From the NCBI RefSeq assembly GCF_006345805.1, contig NC_042998.1:182652001-182716000 (forward strand): a stretch of DNA of 64,000 nucleotides, written 5' to 3'. This document shows positions 1 to 11,346 of the stretch, piece by piece. Each line of letters opens with the position of its first letter. Positions within the stretch are counted from its first letter, which is position 1. Under the pieces are notes generated by a model. The model was given only the letters and a program-made list of their open reading frames with translations, had not been told where the DNA came from and ran no database searches. Source of the DNA: Octopus sinensis. Its lineage: Eukaryota. The position numbers and the translations under genes were made by a program.

Positions 1-195
1 TCCAGAAATGAATTATTCAAACCCCAAAGAATCCCTCTCAACACATGGCTATGATGCTCCCCCACTACTTCTGCTCGTGATCAGAGATGCACATATCGTC
101 AGCCACTAAAGGACATGCTCAACTGGTTAAGGTCAAACAACTGACAAGCAAATCTGTGGTATTGAGCAGAATACTGGTACTGCATCAGGGCATTT
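1..195 (+). mobile_element. SINE-like interspersed repeat, family 'S', internally deleted copy (begins before the window edge)
   Basis: Homologous to 21660-21818 + 22052-22148. Jumps from GTATTGAGCAGAATA (159-173) directly to CTGGTACTGC (174-183) and ends in a (TTG)n tract. Confidence 0.7.
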
Positions 196-228
<33 letters not shown>

Positions 229-238
229 ATCATCATCA

Positions 239-590
239 TTATTATATATCCTCTGTTATATCCTTTAATGTGTTCATACCCTTTTTTGTTGTTTTGAAGC
301 CACACACTTGGTTAACATTTGAATGCACTCTTTTATCTGCACAACCTTTACTGCATTTATACTCCTTTTGTGATGGTGTACTGCACTCACTCAAAAAGTG
401 CTTGATACTTTCATCTCCTTTCCTGCAAATTCTATATTTGCTGTCTGATCTTTGCCTTTATCAGCTTTGTTCTAAGGGCTTCTTCTTGAGCAGCTATAAT
501 TTGCATTTCTATCTCTCATTTCAAGTTCCTGTCTGTAGTTCCATTTCTTTCCATGTTTGCTCTCTTGTTCTTTCTTCTGTTCTTGAATTT
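239..590 (-). pseudogene. Fragment of an R4/Dong-like non-LTR retrotransposon (family B), pre-CCHC and CCHC zinc-knuckle region
   Basis: Minus-strand translation EIEMQIIAAQEEALRTKLIKAKI / DSKYRICRKGDESIKHFLSECSTPSQKEY parallels ETEGFLIAAQDQSLPTRNY...CRICGDGQETINHIISSCPVLAKKEY in the large ORF. One frameshift and one stop. Confidence 0.65.
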
Positions 591-597
591 TCCAACT

Positions 598-713
598 GTA
601 TTGAGCAGAATATTTGCTGTAGCCCATCTTTTATACCAAGACAAAACAATGTCCATGATAACACTTCCAATCAGTTAAGATCAGAAGCCATGAGAGCCAC
701 TGCCTGGTACTGC
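598..713 (+). mobile_element. Displaced middle segment of repeat family S
   Basis: Starts with the same 15-mer as 159-173 and ends with the same 10-mer as 174-183. Homologous to 22053-22148. Confidence 0.75.
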
Positions 714-3090
714 TACTATTATTATTCAGTAGTTTTATTTTTATAGCGTGCTTTCACTTCACTACCGAGCGCAGCTCTGTGTGCCTTGGGTATGTGCTGT
801 GATTTGTTGTGATGCTCTGATGGTTATTGTATGGAAAGTGTTCTGCGTTGGATGTGTGCAGTGCCTAGTAGTGCAATTTTCTGTATGTTACATGTGTTTG
901 TAAGTCATGGTGTTTTTGTTATGTATTTGTCTGAATATTTTTTTATCATGCCTAATGCACCTACTATGATAGGAATTGTTTCTGTTTTCAGGTTCCACAT
1001 TCTAGTTACCTCTATTTCCAGGTCTTTGTATTTTGAGAGTTTCTCCATTTCTTTTAGAGACACGTTGTCATCTGCTGGTATTGATACATCAATTAGAAAG
1101 CATTTTTTTTCTTCATGATCTCTGACAACTATATCTGGTCTGTTGGCCTTAATTTCTCTATCTGTGTGTATCGGCATATCCCAGAGTATGGTTGCTTTCT
1201 CGTTTTCTGTGACCTTTTCTGGTGTGTGCCTATACCATCTTTTTTCTATTGTTATTCCATAATGTTGGCATAGCTTCCAATGTATGTAGGTTCCAACTCT
1301 GTCATGTCTGTGAATATATTCCTTCTTAGCCAGGACTGGGCAGCTAGAGATAATATGATTTATTGTTTCTTGTCCATCTCCACATATTCTGCAGTTACTT
1401 GTAATATTTCTTTTCATTACATGTTTTTGGTAATTTCTGGTGGGGAGGCTTTGGTCTTGTGCTGCAATTAAAAATCCCTCTGTTTCTGCTTTGAGTCCTG
1501 AGCTTCTCAACCATTGCTGGGATTTTTCTTTGTCTATTTCTTTTGCGTTTAGTTTAGTCCAGTATTTACCATGAAGGGGCTTTTCTTGCCATCGTTTTAT
1601 CATGGTTCGTTGCTGTTCTATTTTTAGTTTGGATTTCATTTGTTTTATAGCTTTTGTTGTTTCTTCATCATCTTCTTCTTCTTCTTTGTGTTTATTAGGT
1701 GGTATGATTTCTTGTTTGTATTTGTCAGCTTCCTTAAATACTGAGAACAGTTTTTTGTTTTGCTCGTGTTTTGCTGCTATCTGGATCAGTTTTCCTTCCT
1801 TCTGAAGTAGGTATTTTTGCAGTCCTATGGTGGTTATTTTATAGTAGTTTTCCAGCTGTATAAGGCCTCTACCACCTTCTATACGTTCTATATATAGTCT
1901 TTCTATGTCAGATTTTGAGTGATGCATCCTAGATCCTGTCAGTATTTTTCTTGTTTTCCTATCTATTTTGGACAGTTCATTTCGTGTCCAGTTAAGGATA
2001 TTGTAGCTGTAACTTATAACTGGGACAGCTAAAGTGTTGATACCTATTATCTTGTTTTTAGCATTGAGCTCTGTTTTTAGTATTGATCTAACTCGTCTAT
2101 AATATTCTTTTTTTATTTTCTCTTTCATTTGTGTGTGTTGTGTCTTATCTAGTTCATGGATTCCTAAGTATTTGTAAGTTTGGCTTTGGTCTAATTCTTT
2201 TATTTCATTGGTTTTATCTAGTGTGATGTTGTTACTCTTAACTAGTTTTCCTCTTTTCATGGTTACTTTGGCACATTTTTCTAATCCAAATTTCATATCT
2301 ATTTCTTTGGTAAATCCATGAACTGTCTTTAATAGTGTTTCCAGCTGTTTGTCATTTGCAGCGTATAGTTTTAGGCCATCTATATATAAAAGGTGGCTGA
2401 TCGTTTTGCCGTAACATTTATATCCGCATCCAGTTCTATTTAGCATATCAGATAGAGGTGACAGTGCCAAGCAGAAAAGGAGTAGAGAGAGCATGTCTCC
2501 CTGGAATATTCCTCTTCTAATGGGGATGTCTTTGGTTTTCATGAGTCCTACTTTTGTTTGGAGGTGTAGGACTGTTTGCCATTTATTCATAGAGTGCTCT
2601 ATGAATTTTATGATTGTTGGTGCTACTTTGTTAATGGCTAGTGTTTCGAGGATCCATGTGTGGGGGATGCTATCAAACGCCTTTTTGTAGTCAATCCAGG
2701 CCATACTGAGGTCTTTCTTCTTTCTGTGGCTGTCTTCAGTTACAGCTTTATTAATCATTAGTTGATCTTTACAGCCATATGAGCCCTTGCGGCATCCTTT
2801 CTGCTCTTCTGGGAACAGTTTGTTTTCATCCAGGTGCTTGTTCAGCCTTTGCGATATCACTGCAGTAAATGCCTTGAACATAGTAGGGAGGCAGGTTATT
2901 GGTCTGTAGTTTTCTGGTTTTGTTGTTTCATTTGATTTGGGAATTAAGATGGTTTTCCCCTTCGTGAGCCATTCAGGCATTGTCTCTGGCTCTGCTAGTA
3001 TGCTGTTAAAGTTTTCAGCCAGCTTTTTGTGCATTCCTGTTAGATATTTCAACCAGAAGTTGGGGATCTTGTCATGCCCAGGTGCTTTCC
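714..3090 (-). mobile_element. 5'-truncated R4/Dong-clade non-LTR retrotransposon (family A)
   Basis: RT from WKAPGHDKIP through FQGD and YIDG; CCHC knuckle CRIC...HIISSC; restriction-like endonuclease RPDIVVRD...LIDVSIP...EKLSKYKDL; 3' UTR ending in an (AAT)n tail at 714-726, shared with the copy at 47585-48108. Confidence 0.9.
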
Positions 3091-3163
3091 ATATTTGCTG
3101 TCTGATCTTTGCCTTTATCAGCTTTGTTCTAAGGGCTTCTTCTTGAGCAGCTATAATTTGCAT
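824..3163 (-). pseudogene. RT-CCHC-RLE polyprotein ORF, inactivated
   Basis: ORF track 905..3163 (752 aa). Catalytic YxDD reads YIDG. Premature TGA at 905-907 where copy 2 has GGA, so the natural stop is TAA at 824-826. The N-terminal ~24 aa come from the foreign family-B fragment. Confidence 0.85.
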
Positions 3164-3243
3164 TTCTATCTCTCATTTCAAGTTCCTGTTTGTAGTTCCA
3201 TTTCTTTCCATGTTTGCTCTCTTGTTCTTTCTTCTGTTCTTGA

Positions 3244-3247
<4 letters not shown>
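3091..3247. repeat. 157-bp direct repeat of 434-590
   Basis: Constant offset of 2657 bp; I found one mismatch (C533 vs T3190). Confidence 0.95.
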
Positions 3248-3300
<53 letters not shown>

Positions 3301-3359
3301 TACTATTAATATTACTATTATTATTATTATTATTATTGTTATTATTATTATTATTATTT
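3248..3359. repeat. (TTA)n microsatellite
   Basis: Direct reading. Confidence 0.95.
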
Positions 3360-3466
3360 AAAACAGTTTGATTCAATTGCATGCAAGTGTCTTAAATAGT
3401 AATATATGCAACACCTACTAAATGTTTTGAGTGCCTTTTTTTTTGTCCATTCACCAGTATAGATGT

Positions 3467-3470
<4 letters not shown>

Positions 3471-3561
<91 letters not shown>
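3471..3561. repeat. (CA)n microsatellite
   Basis: Direct reading. Confidence 0.95.
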
Positions 3562-3564
<3 letters not shown>

Positions 3565-3577
3565 AACACGTATATAT

Positions 3578-3720
3578 ATCTGTAATATTAAATGTGACAA
3601 TTATTTGATTGCCATAATAAGACTCTGAGTTTCGTATGTCGGGGCAGAAACCTGCGGAAACAGCAAAACTCAGAGTCTAATTATGGCAACCGAATAATTG
3701 TCACATATTATATTACAGAT
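3578..3720. mobile_element. Palindromic 143-bp MITE-like hairpin element, copy 1
   Basis: About 55-bp imperfect inverted arms (ATCTGTAATAT...GACTCTGAGTTT / AAACTCAGAGTC...ATATTACAGAT) around a ~30-nt loop; TA-flanked. Confidence 0.7.
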
Positions 3721-3853
3721 AAATTCCTCTATTTTCATAATATCGAGGTTTCTTTCATTCTTCTGTTGTCTTACCATTACTATTAATATATATATATATA
3801 TATACATATATATAAGTACAAATATATACAAATGCACATATACATACATACAT

Positions 3854-3933
<80 letters not shown>

Positions 3934-3961
3934 ACACACACACACATAAACACGTATATAT

Positions 3962-4104
3962 ATCTGTAATATTAAATGTGACAATTATTTGATTGCCATA
4001 ATAAGACTCTGAGTTTCGTATGTCGGGGCAGAAACCTGCGGAAACAGCAAAACTCAGAGTCTAATTATGGCAACCGAATAATTGTCACATATTATATTAC
4101 AGAT
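3962..4104. mobile_element. Palindromic MITE-like hairpin element, copy 2
   Basis: Apparently identical to 3578-3720, 384 bp downstream, as part of a tandem duplication. Confidence 0.7.
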
Positions 4105-4290
4105 AAATTCCTCTATTTTCATAATATCGAGGTTTCTTTCATTCTTCTGTTGTCTTACCATTACTATTAATATATATATATATATACATATATATAAGTA
4201 CAAATATATACAAATGCACATATACATACATACATACACACACACACAAACACACACACACACAAACACAGCCACACACACACACACACA

Positions 4291-5345
4291 TATATATAAA
4301 TACCACAATACAGAGGTGCTACATTTGGGAGTTGGTATAACACTCAATGCAAAAGCTTATTGCCAGCCCCTCAAGGATCATACGTACTTATATCACTGGA
4401 TATCTTTCCTGCCTTTGCTCTTGAGAGTAAAGTCATAATTTTTTCAGCCTCTTCTATAAGCTCAACTGTCTCATTGATGCAATCTTCTTGGTGTAACATC
4501 TAGTTTTGCTATTAATATTTATCTATGTTGTGTGTGTATTTATGAGTATTTGTATGAATGTTTGTGTTTACAGTATACATAAATATTTATGAATGTAGAT
4601 TAATGCAATTAGTCTAAAATGTATGTTAATGTGTGTATAAGTAAAAGTACATTTATCATCATCATCATTATTATATATATATATAATATATATATATATA
4701 TGTATATATATCATCATCATCATCATCATCATCGTTTAACGTCCGCTTTCCATGCTAGCATGGGTTGGACGTTTCAACTGGGGTCTGGGAAACCCGAAGG
4801 CTGCACCAGGCCCAATCAGATCTGGCAGTGTTTCTACAGCTGGATGCCCTTCTTAACGCCAACCACTCCATGAGTGTAGTGGGTGCGTTTTACGTGCCAC
4901 CGACACAGGTTCCAGACGAGGCTGACAACGGCCCCAGGCTGGCACACACACACACACACACACATATATATAAATACCACAATACAGAGGTGCTACATTT
5001 GGGAGTTGGTATAACACTCAATGCAAAAGCTTATTGCCAGCCCCTCAAGGATCATACGTACTTATATCACTGGATATCTTTCCTGCCTTTGCTCTTGAGA
5101 GTAAAGTCATAATTTTTTCAGCCTCTTCTATAAGCTCAACTGTCTCATTGATGCAATCTTCTTGGTGTAACATCTAGTTTTGCTATTAATATTTATCTAT
5201 GTTGTGTGTGTATTTATGAGTATTTGTATGAATGTTTGTGTTTACAGTATACATAAATATTTATGAATGTAGATTAATGCAATTAGTCTAAAATGTATGT
5301 TAATGTGTGTATAAGTAAAAGTACATTTATCATCATCATCATTAT

Positions 5346-5380
<35 letters not shown>

Positions 5381-5611
5381 CATCATCATCATCATCATCA
5401 TCGTTTAACGTCCGCTTTCCATGCTAGCATGGGTTGGACGTTTCAACTGGGGTCTGGGAAACCCGAAGGCTGCACCAGGCCCAATCAGATCTGGCAGTGT
5501 TTCTACAGCTGGATGCCCTTCTTAACGCCAACCACTCCATGAGTGTAGTGGGTGCGTTTTACGTGCCACCGACACAGGTTCCAGACGAGGCTGACAACGG
5601 CCCCAGGCTGG

Positions 5612-5640
<29 letters not shown>
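4291..5640. repeat. Tandem duplication, ~674-bp unit x2, junction in (CA)n
   Basis: TACCACAATACAGAGG occurs at 4301 and 4975; the unique parts look identical. Each unit contains an RTE 3'-end fragment (4725-4943, 5395-5611, minus). Confidence 0.9.
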
Positions 5641-5653
<13 letters not shown>

Positions 5654-6000
5654 ATGATGATTATGATAAATATACTTTTACTTAGATAAGCAGTGTCATT
5701 CATTTCCAATCTTCCATGAAAACATGTCCAGTTGTCAATCTGTTCATATTTGAAAAAGGCAAATTTTACCTTGTATAGAAACGGTTGAGGTTTGGTGACA
5801 AACACAGCATTTATTGATAGAAAAATTTGCAAGCATGGGAAAATGGATCTTAAAATAAGAACGATGGTGAGGATGATATCTATCTATCTATCTAAACATA
5901 TGCACATATCTCCACACATACATACATACATGTACAAACACAGACACACACATATATACTCATATGTGTGTATATATATATATATAAAAGATCTCTTCGA

Positions 6001-6366
6001 ACAGATCTAACCCTGATGGACTGGCCACATACGATACAGCTAAGGGTCAGACCCGATTCTGATTGGTCAACACGTTGATGACGTCTCGTTCTGCTAGACT
6101 GGCCACCTAACAGGATACAGACAAGGGGCAGATCTAATACAGCTATAGGTCGGGATTGGTCAGAATATCGATGACGTCCCGTTCTGCTTGACTAGTCACC
6201 TAACAGGATACAGACAAGGGGCAGATCTAATACAGCTATAGGTCGGGATTGGTCAGAATATTGATGACGTCCCGTTCTGCTTGACTAGCCACCTAACGAA
6301 ACAATTGGTCAAAACGTTGATGACGTCACGTTACGCTGGACTGGCCACCTAACAGGTGATATAAAA
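6001..6366 (+). promoter_or_regulatory. Tandem CCAAT-box + CRE/ATF-site array followed by a TATA box
   Basis: ATTGG at about 6062, 6155, 6248 and 6304. TGACGTC at 6079, 6172, 6265 and a perfect TGACGTCA at 6321. Period 93, 93, then 56 bp. TATAAAA at 6360-6366. Confidence 0.6.
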
Positions 6367-6690
6367 CCCAAACAATACACAAGGTCCGCCAGAACTGTCC
6401 AGCGAACACCGACCAAAAGTCATCACAGTTACTCAAAGTAAAATCTAAAATGAATTCCTCGCTCTTTCAGGAACATCAATTTTTTATATTGACTGCATAT
6501 CACCACTTTGAACTATTTTTTATATTGAATGCATATCACCACTATGAACCACTGCATCATACTATTTAAACATATAGCATGAACGAACTCACTTCACTAT
6601 ATATGAACTTTTGATGTCTGACTCTATTGTATATTATAAATGAATTTTTTATATTTGATAGCATGAACTATCTTTTTTTATATATAACTT

Positions 6691-6734
6691 TTTTTGATAA
6701 GGTTCATCATTTCAAGAACCGAAACATGTTATAA
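6691..6734 (+). ncRNA. Degenerate minimal type-I hammerhead-ribozyme-like motif
   Basis: TTGATAA (CTGATGA with two transitions), stem II GGTTC/GAACC, GAAA, palindromic AACATGTT stem III. Stem I is weak. Confidence 0.45.
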
Positions 6735-6795
6735 TGTGTATATATAAAAATTAAAAATTTGTCTAATATAGCAGCATTTTCGAACTTCATTTTTT

Positions 6796-6832
<37 letters not shown>

Positions 6833-7729
6833 GAAGGGCATCAAGCTGTAGAAACACTACCAAATCAGACTAGAGCCTTGTGCAGCCTCCATGGTTTACC
6901 AGACCCTGGTTGAACCGTCCAACCCATGCTAGCATGGAAAACGGATGTTAAATGATGATGATGATGATGATGCTGATATATATATATATATATTCATGAG
7001 TGCTTGTTTCATTGAGAAACGTTTATATATGCATGTGTGTGTGTGCGTGCATGTGTGCATGTATGTGTGTGCATGAGTGCATGTGTGTATGTGCCCCGAA
7101 GTGTGTGTTTGTAAATGTGTTGATGTTTTAGAGCATAACAGATAAATATGAAAAAAAAACACAATGCACAAATACATGATGAAACAAAACCAAAATAGTT
7201 TGAATTAAGAAGAAAGATTATCATGAAGGGAGAGAGTAGATGGGGTGAAGGATAAAAACATAGGAAAGACCAGAAAAGGAAAGAGAGAGAGAGAGTTAAG
7301 GAGGATTGTTACATGATTTGATAAAGAGTGAAAAATTGTAAATGTTAATTAATCTCCTTGACTCTTATGTGAAAGTTAATGGTTATGAAGTCTATTGATT
7401 TTTTTTTTATGGATATCTGATAAACATTATACTTCTTTTCCTCATTAGCAATCAATGGGCTCTAATTAAGAATAAGTTCAAGTTTCATGTAAAATGAAAG
7501 ATTACGGCAAAAATTCAATTGCAAAATTTAAATGATTGTTTATTTGTTGTATTCCTTTCCCGTTCAAACTGAAAATTGGTATTAAGCTTTCTCAGAGCAT
7601 AACATTTATGTTCACTGGCAGCAGTTGGAGAATTCCCCATAACTAACATCCCCACTTTTAAGCCATGCCACCAAATCTCACAAGAACTAGTTCAACTTGT
7701 GGTGCACCTAAGCACTATATACAATAATT

Positions 7730-7801
<72 letters not shown>

Positions 7802-7802
<1 letters not shown>

Positions 7803-8034
7803 CTCTATATATATAAACGGCAAAATGTCTGTTAGAGGTCTCGCACTTTCTATGGTCATTCAAAACCGTCCAAGGGTGGTTGTGCACATTTTTATATTTC
7901 CCCAGTCACCCTGCAAAGCCATTAAAAAATCAATAGAAGTGACATTTTTGTGAATTTTCTATCCAAAAACCCAATCAAAATGCCCAAAACTTGATACGCC
8001 AATTGAGTGCCAGCGTTGCCGGGTCATAGTGCTA

Positions 8035-8035
<1 letters not shown>
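7802..8035 (+). mobile_element. Non-autonomous Helitron-like element
   Basis: 5' TCTCTATATATATAAA; GC-rich subterminal GCCAGCGTTGCCGGG and 3' CTAG; inserted between A7801 and T8036 inside an (ATT)n tract; no TSD. Confidence 0.75.
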
Positions 8036-8070
<35 letters not shown>

Positions 8071-8696
8071 TTTAACTAAAGACAGATTCAAGAAGATTCA
8101 ATCGAAAGATTGCTTTGCAGCCATGTGGTTTCAGTTTTAGTCCCACTGCAAAATACCTTGGTCAAGTATCTTCTGCTTTAGCCTCAGATCTACCAATGCC
8201 TTATGAGTAAATTTAGTAGACAGAGATTCAGCAAAATAGATTGACAGAATAAGTACCAGGCTTAAAAAAAAAAATCCTGAGGTTTATTCATCCAACAAAA
8301 TTTCTTCAAGACAGTGCCCCACCATGGCCCCAGTCTAACGACTGAAACAAGTAAGAGATATAAGATATAAGACTTAGAATAGAATGGGATGGTCATGTTT
8401 GGAATGCCTTTATCATAGACTTGCTTAATCAAGGCTGACTTGGGGTTAAACAACAATAATAATAGCATCAACTTTTTATTCAATTAACTAACAAAGAAGC
8501 CTCTATGCAATTGCTAACTCTGCTAGAAATATCAGCCTAATCTCCAGGAAATCACACCCAACCAATTTGGGAAAGGAAGGCCACATTAAATTATGTTGTT
8601 CTAGATTACTTGCATAAAAAAAAAAGTCATAGGATTGCTCAAGTAAGATTAACCAAGGGCTAAACAATAACAACATTGCATTCTACTCGTAGAACA

Positions 8697-8727
<31 letters not shown>

Positions 8728-8749
8728 ATATATATATAAATATATATAC

Positions 8750-8869
<120 letters not shown>

Positions 8870-8874
8870 TCATC

Positions 8875-10760
8875 ATTGTTTAACATCTGTTTTCCCTGCT
8901 GGCATAGGTTGGACAGTTTGACTGAGGACTGGTGAGCCAGAAGACTGCACCAGGTTCCATTCTGATCTGGTAGAGTTTCTACAGCTGGATGCCCTTCCTA
9001 ATGCCAACCACTTCGAGAGTGTGGTGGGTGCTTTTTACTGGCCACTAGCATGAGGGCTGGTCAGGCGGTACTGGCATTGACCATGCTCGAATGGTGTTTT
9101 TTACTTGCACAGGTACCAATCAGGTGGTACTGTCATCAGCCACAACAACAATTTCACTTGCTTCAACAAGTCTTCGCAAGCGCACTTTATTGCCCAATGA
9201 TTGAAGAGTACTCTTAAATGGGCTGGTTATGCTGCACTGGCATAGGCCACGGTTATGGTCTCACTTGGTTTGCTGGGTCTTCTCAAGCACAGCATATCTC
9301 CAAAGGTCTCAGTCACTTGTCATCGCCTCGGTGAAGCCCAACATTCAAAGATCGTGCTTCACACCTCATCCCAGGTCTTCCTGGGTCTAGCACTTCCTTA
9401 GGTTCCCTCTAATGCTTGGGTGTGACACTTTTTCACACAGCTGTCCTCATGCATTCGCAACACATGATCATACCAACGCAGTTGTCTCTCTTGCACACCA
9501 CACCTAATGCTTCTTAGGTCCAACTTTTCTCTCAAGGTACTTACACTCTGTTGTGTATGCTCACTAACATTACATATCCACTGGAGCATGCTGGCTTCAT
9601 TCCTTGCAAGCTTATGCATGTACTCAGCAGTCATGACTCATGTTTCACTGCGATGTAGCATGGCTGTTTGCACACATGCGTCACACAGTCTACCTTTTAC
9701 TTTGAGTGAGAGGCCCTTTGTCACCAGCAGAGGTAGGAGCTCTCTGAACTTTGCCCAAGCTATTCTTATTCTAGCAGCTACATTTTCAGAGCATCCACCC
9801 AGCTACTGACTTGGTAACCTAGGTAACAGAAGCTATCAACTACTTGTAGTTTTTTTCCCCTGGAATGTGACAGAAGCTGTTTTCTGCACATTTTCAGTGT
9901 TTATTGCTCCTGAGCATTTGCAACATACAAAAACTATCTTCCCAGTAAGCCTTCCTTTGATATTGCTGCATCTTTTATGTGTCCATAGCTTACACTGGGT
10001 ACATCTTATGGAGTTTCTACTTATGTCTTTTCTACAGATTGAGCAGGGATTTGTGGTTTGTCTGCCTTCCAACTTATTAAGACTTTGGTCTTTGTGAGGT
10101 TGATTCTTAGGCCCTTCGATTCTAGACCTTGCTTCCACACCTGAAACTTCTCCTCTAGTTCTGATAGTGACTCAGCTATTAGAGCAAGGTCATCAGCATA
10201 GAGAAGCTCCCAGGGGCATCCTGTCTTGAATTCCTCTGTTATTGCTTGAAGGACTATGATGAATAAGAAGGGGTTGAGAACTGATCCTTGGTGGACCCCA
10301 ACCCCCTCCGAGAATTCTTCATTGTACTCATTGCCAACCCTCACCTTACTGACAGTGTCCCTGTACATGGCTTGCACAGCTCTCACTAACCACTCGCCTA
10401 TCCCTAGTTTCCTCATTGATCACCAGATAAGAGATCGGGGTCCTTGTCAAAAGCTTTCTCCATGTCAACAAAAGCTAGGTACAGAGGTTTATCTTTGGCA
10501 AGGTATTTCTCCTGCAACTGACTTACCAGAAATATAGCATCAGTGGTGCTTTTCCTTGGCACAAACCCAAACTGCATCACATCTAGACTGACTCTCTCCC
10601 TAATTAGTTGGGCTATGACCCTCTCCTTGACTTTCATTACCTGACCCAATAACTTAATACTTCTGTAATTATTTGTATCTAATGCATCACCTTTACCTTT
10701 GTAGCAGTTGACTATTTGTGTTGCTACACCAGTCATTGGGTATGACTCCTTCATGTATCA
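8875..10760 (-). mobile_element. Decayed 5'-truncated RTE-type LINE with a PHD-like finger downstream of the RT; includes the 3' UTR
   Basis: Broken frames give FVPRKSTTDAIF...AFVDMEKAFD, GVHQGSVL...LLYADDL, CSIC...CTQC...HKRC...CCKC, and LRWYDHVLRM. The 3' UTR (8875-9345) matches many short copies in the window ending in (GAT)n. Confidence 0.85.
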
Positions 10761-10783
10761 CCTGATTGACTATATGGGTGACT

Positions 10784-10814
<31 letters not shown>

Positions 10815-11346
10815 TAGTGACAGAGGCAGTATTAAACAAGAGTGCATTTTGTATCAAAAGCCAATATGAGAGTTTCTCTCGTGGTAACTACCACAGTATT
10901 GACTGTTCTAACAGAATATCCCTGTTTAGATGGGGATACGATATATATTTATCACTTCAACATATGGCAGCTCACAAGATTATTCTATACTTTGTTATAC
11001 TCATCTACACAATCATTTATTGTATGTCCTACTGTTTTACACATCCCTCTTACCTTGTAACATTATATCATAACCCATTAAATTAAATCAGTACATATAA
11101 GACTACATGACACTACGTGAGCTAGAGAGGAGTTTCTATGTACTTATTTAATCTGCTAAAAAGAACAGCTAAATCTCTCTTAAATCACATCTTACTATCT
11201 TAATTAAACAAGAATTCATTTGACAATATAATCTCCAGTATACATAGAAAAAAGATGAGATACAAAAAAAATGAGATTGTCAAAGAGGGAACACATTTGA
11301 TCATAAGTCTGCCAGATGGAGACTGATAAGAGATTGAACAACAGCA

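Larger units (their letters stand above)
3562..4290. repeat. Tandem duplication, ~384-bp unit x2, junctions in (CA)n
   Basis: 3562-3946 is repeated at 3947-4290; the differences I saw are confined to microsatellites. Confidence 0.9.
5987..6799 (+). mobile_element. (TA)n-embedded element, probable Penelope-like pseudo-LTR with tandem promoter array
   Basis: Bounded on both sides by (TA)n; GC/CpG-rich 5' half with 93-bp tandem units; TATA box; hammerhead-like motif near the 3' end. No TIRs seen. Confidence 0.5.

Noticed and set aside
87-746. 219-aa plus-strand ORF
   Set aside because: Chance frame across SINE pieces, (TTG)n and the antisense strand of a LINE fragment.
3091-3163. Apparent native N-terminus and ATG of the 752-aa ORF
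   Set aside because: Derived from a C-terminal fragment of another LINE family; the element is 5'-truncated and its RT motif is YIDG, so it is not an intact active element.
5770-5848. Minus-strand 79-nt candidate exon
   Set aside because: Good splice signals but no recognisable product and no way to link it to other exons.
6061-6350. Regularly spaced repeats resembling a CRISPR array
   Set aside because: Units are contiguous tandem copies with no unique spacers, in eukaryotic DNA with no cas genes.
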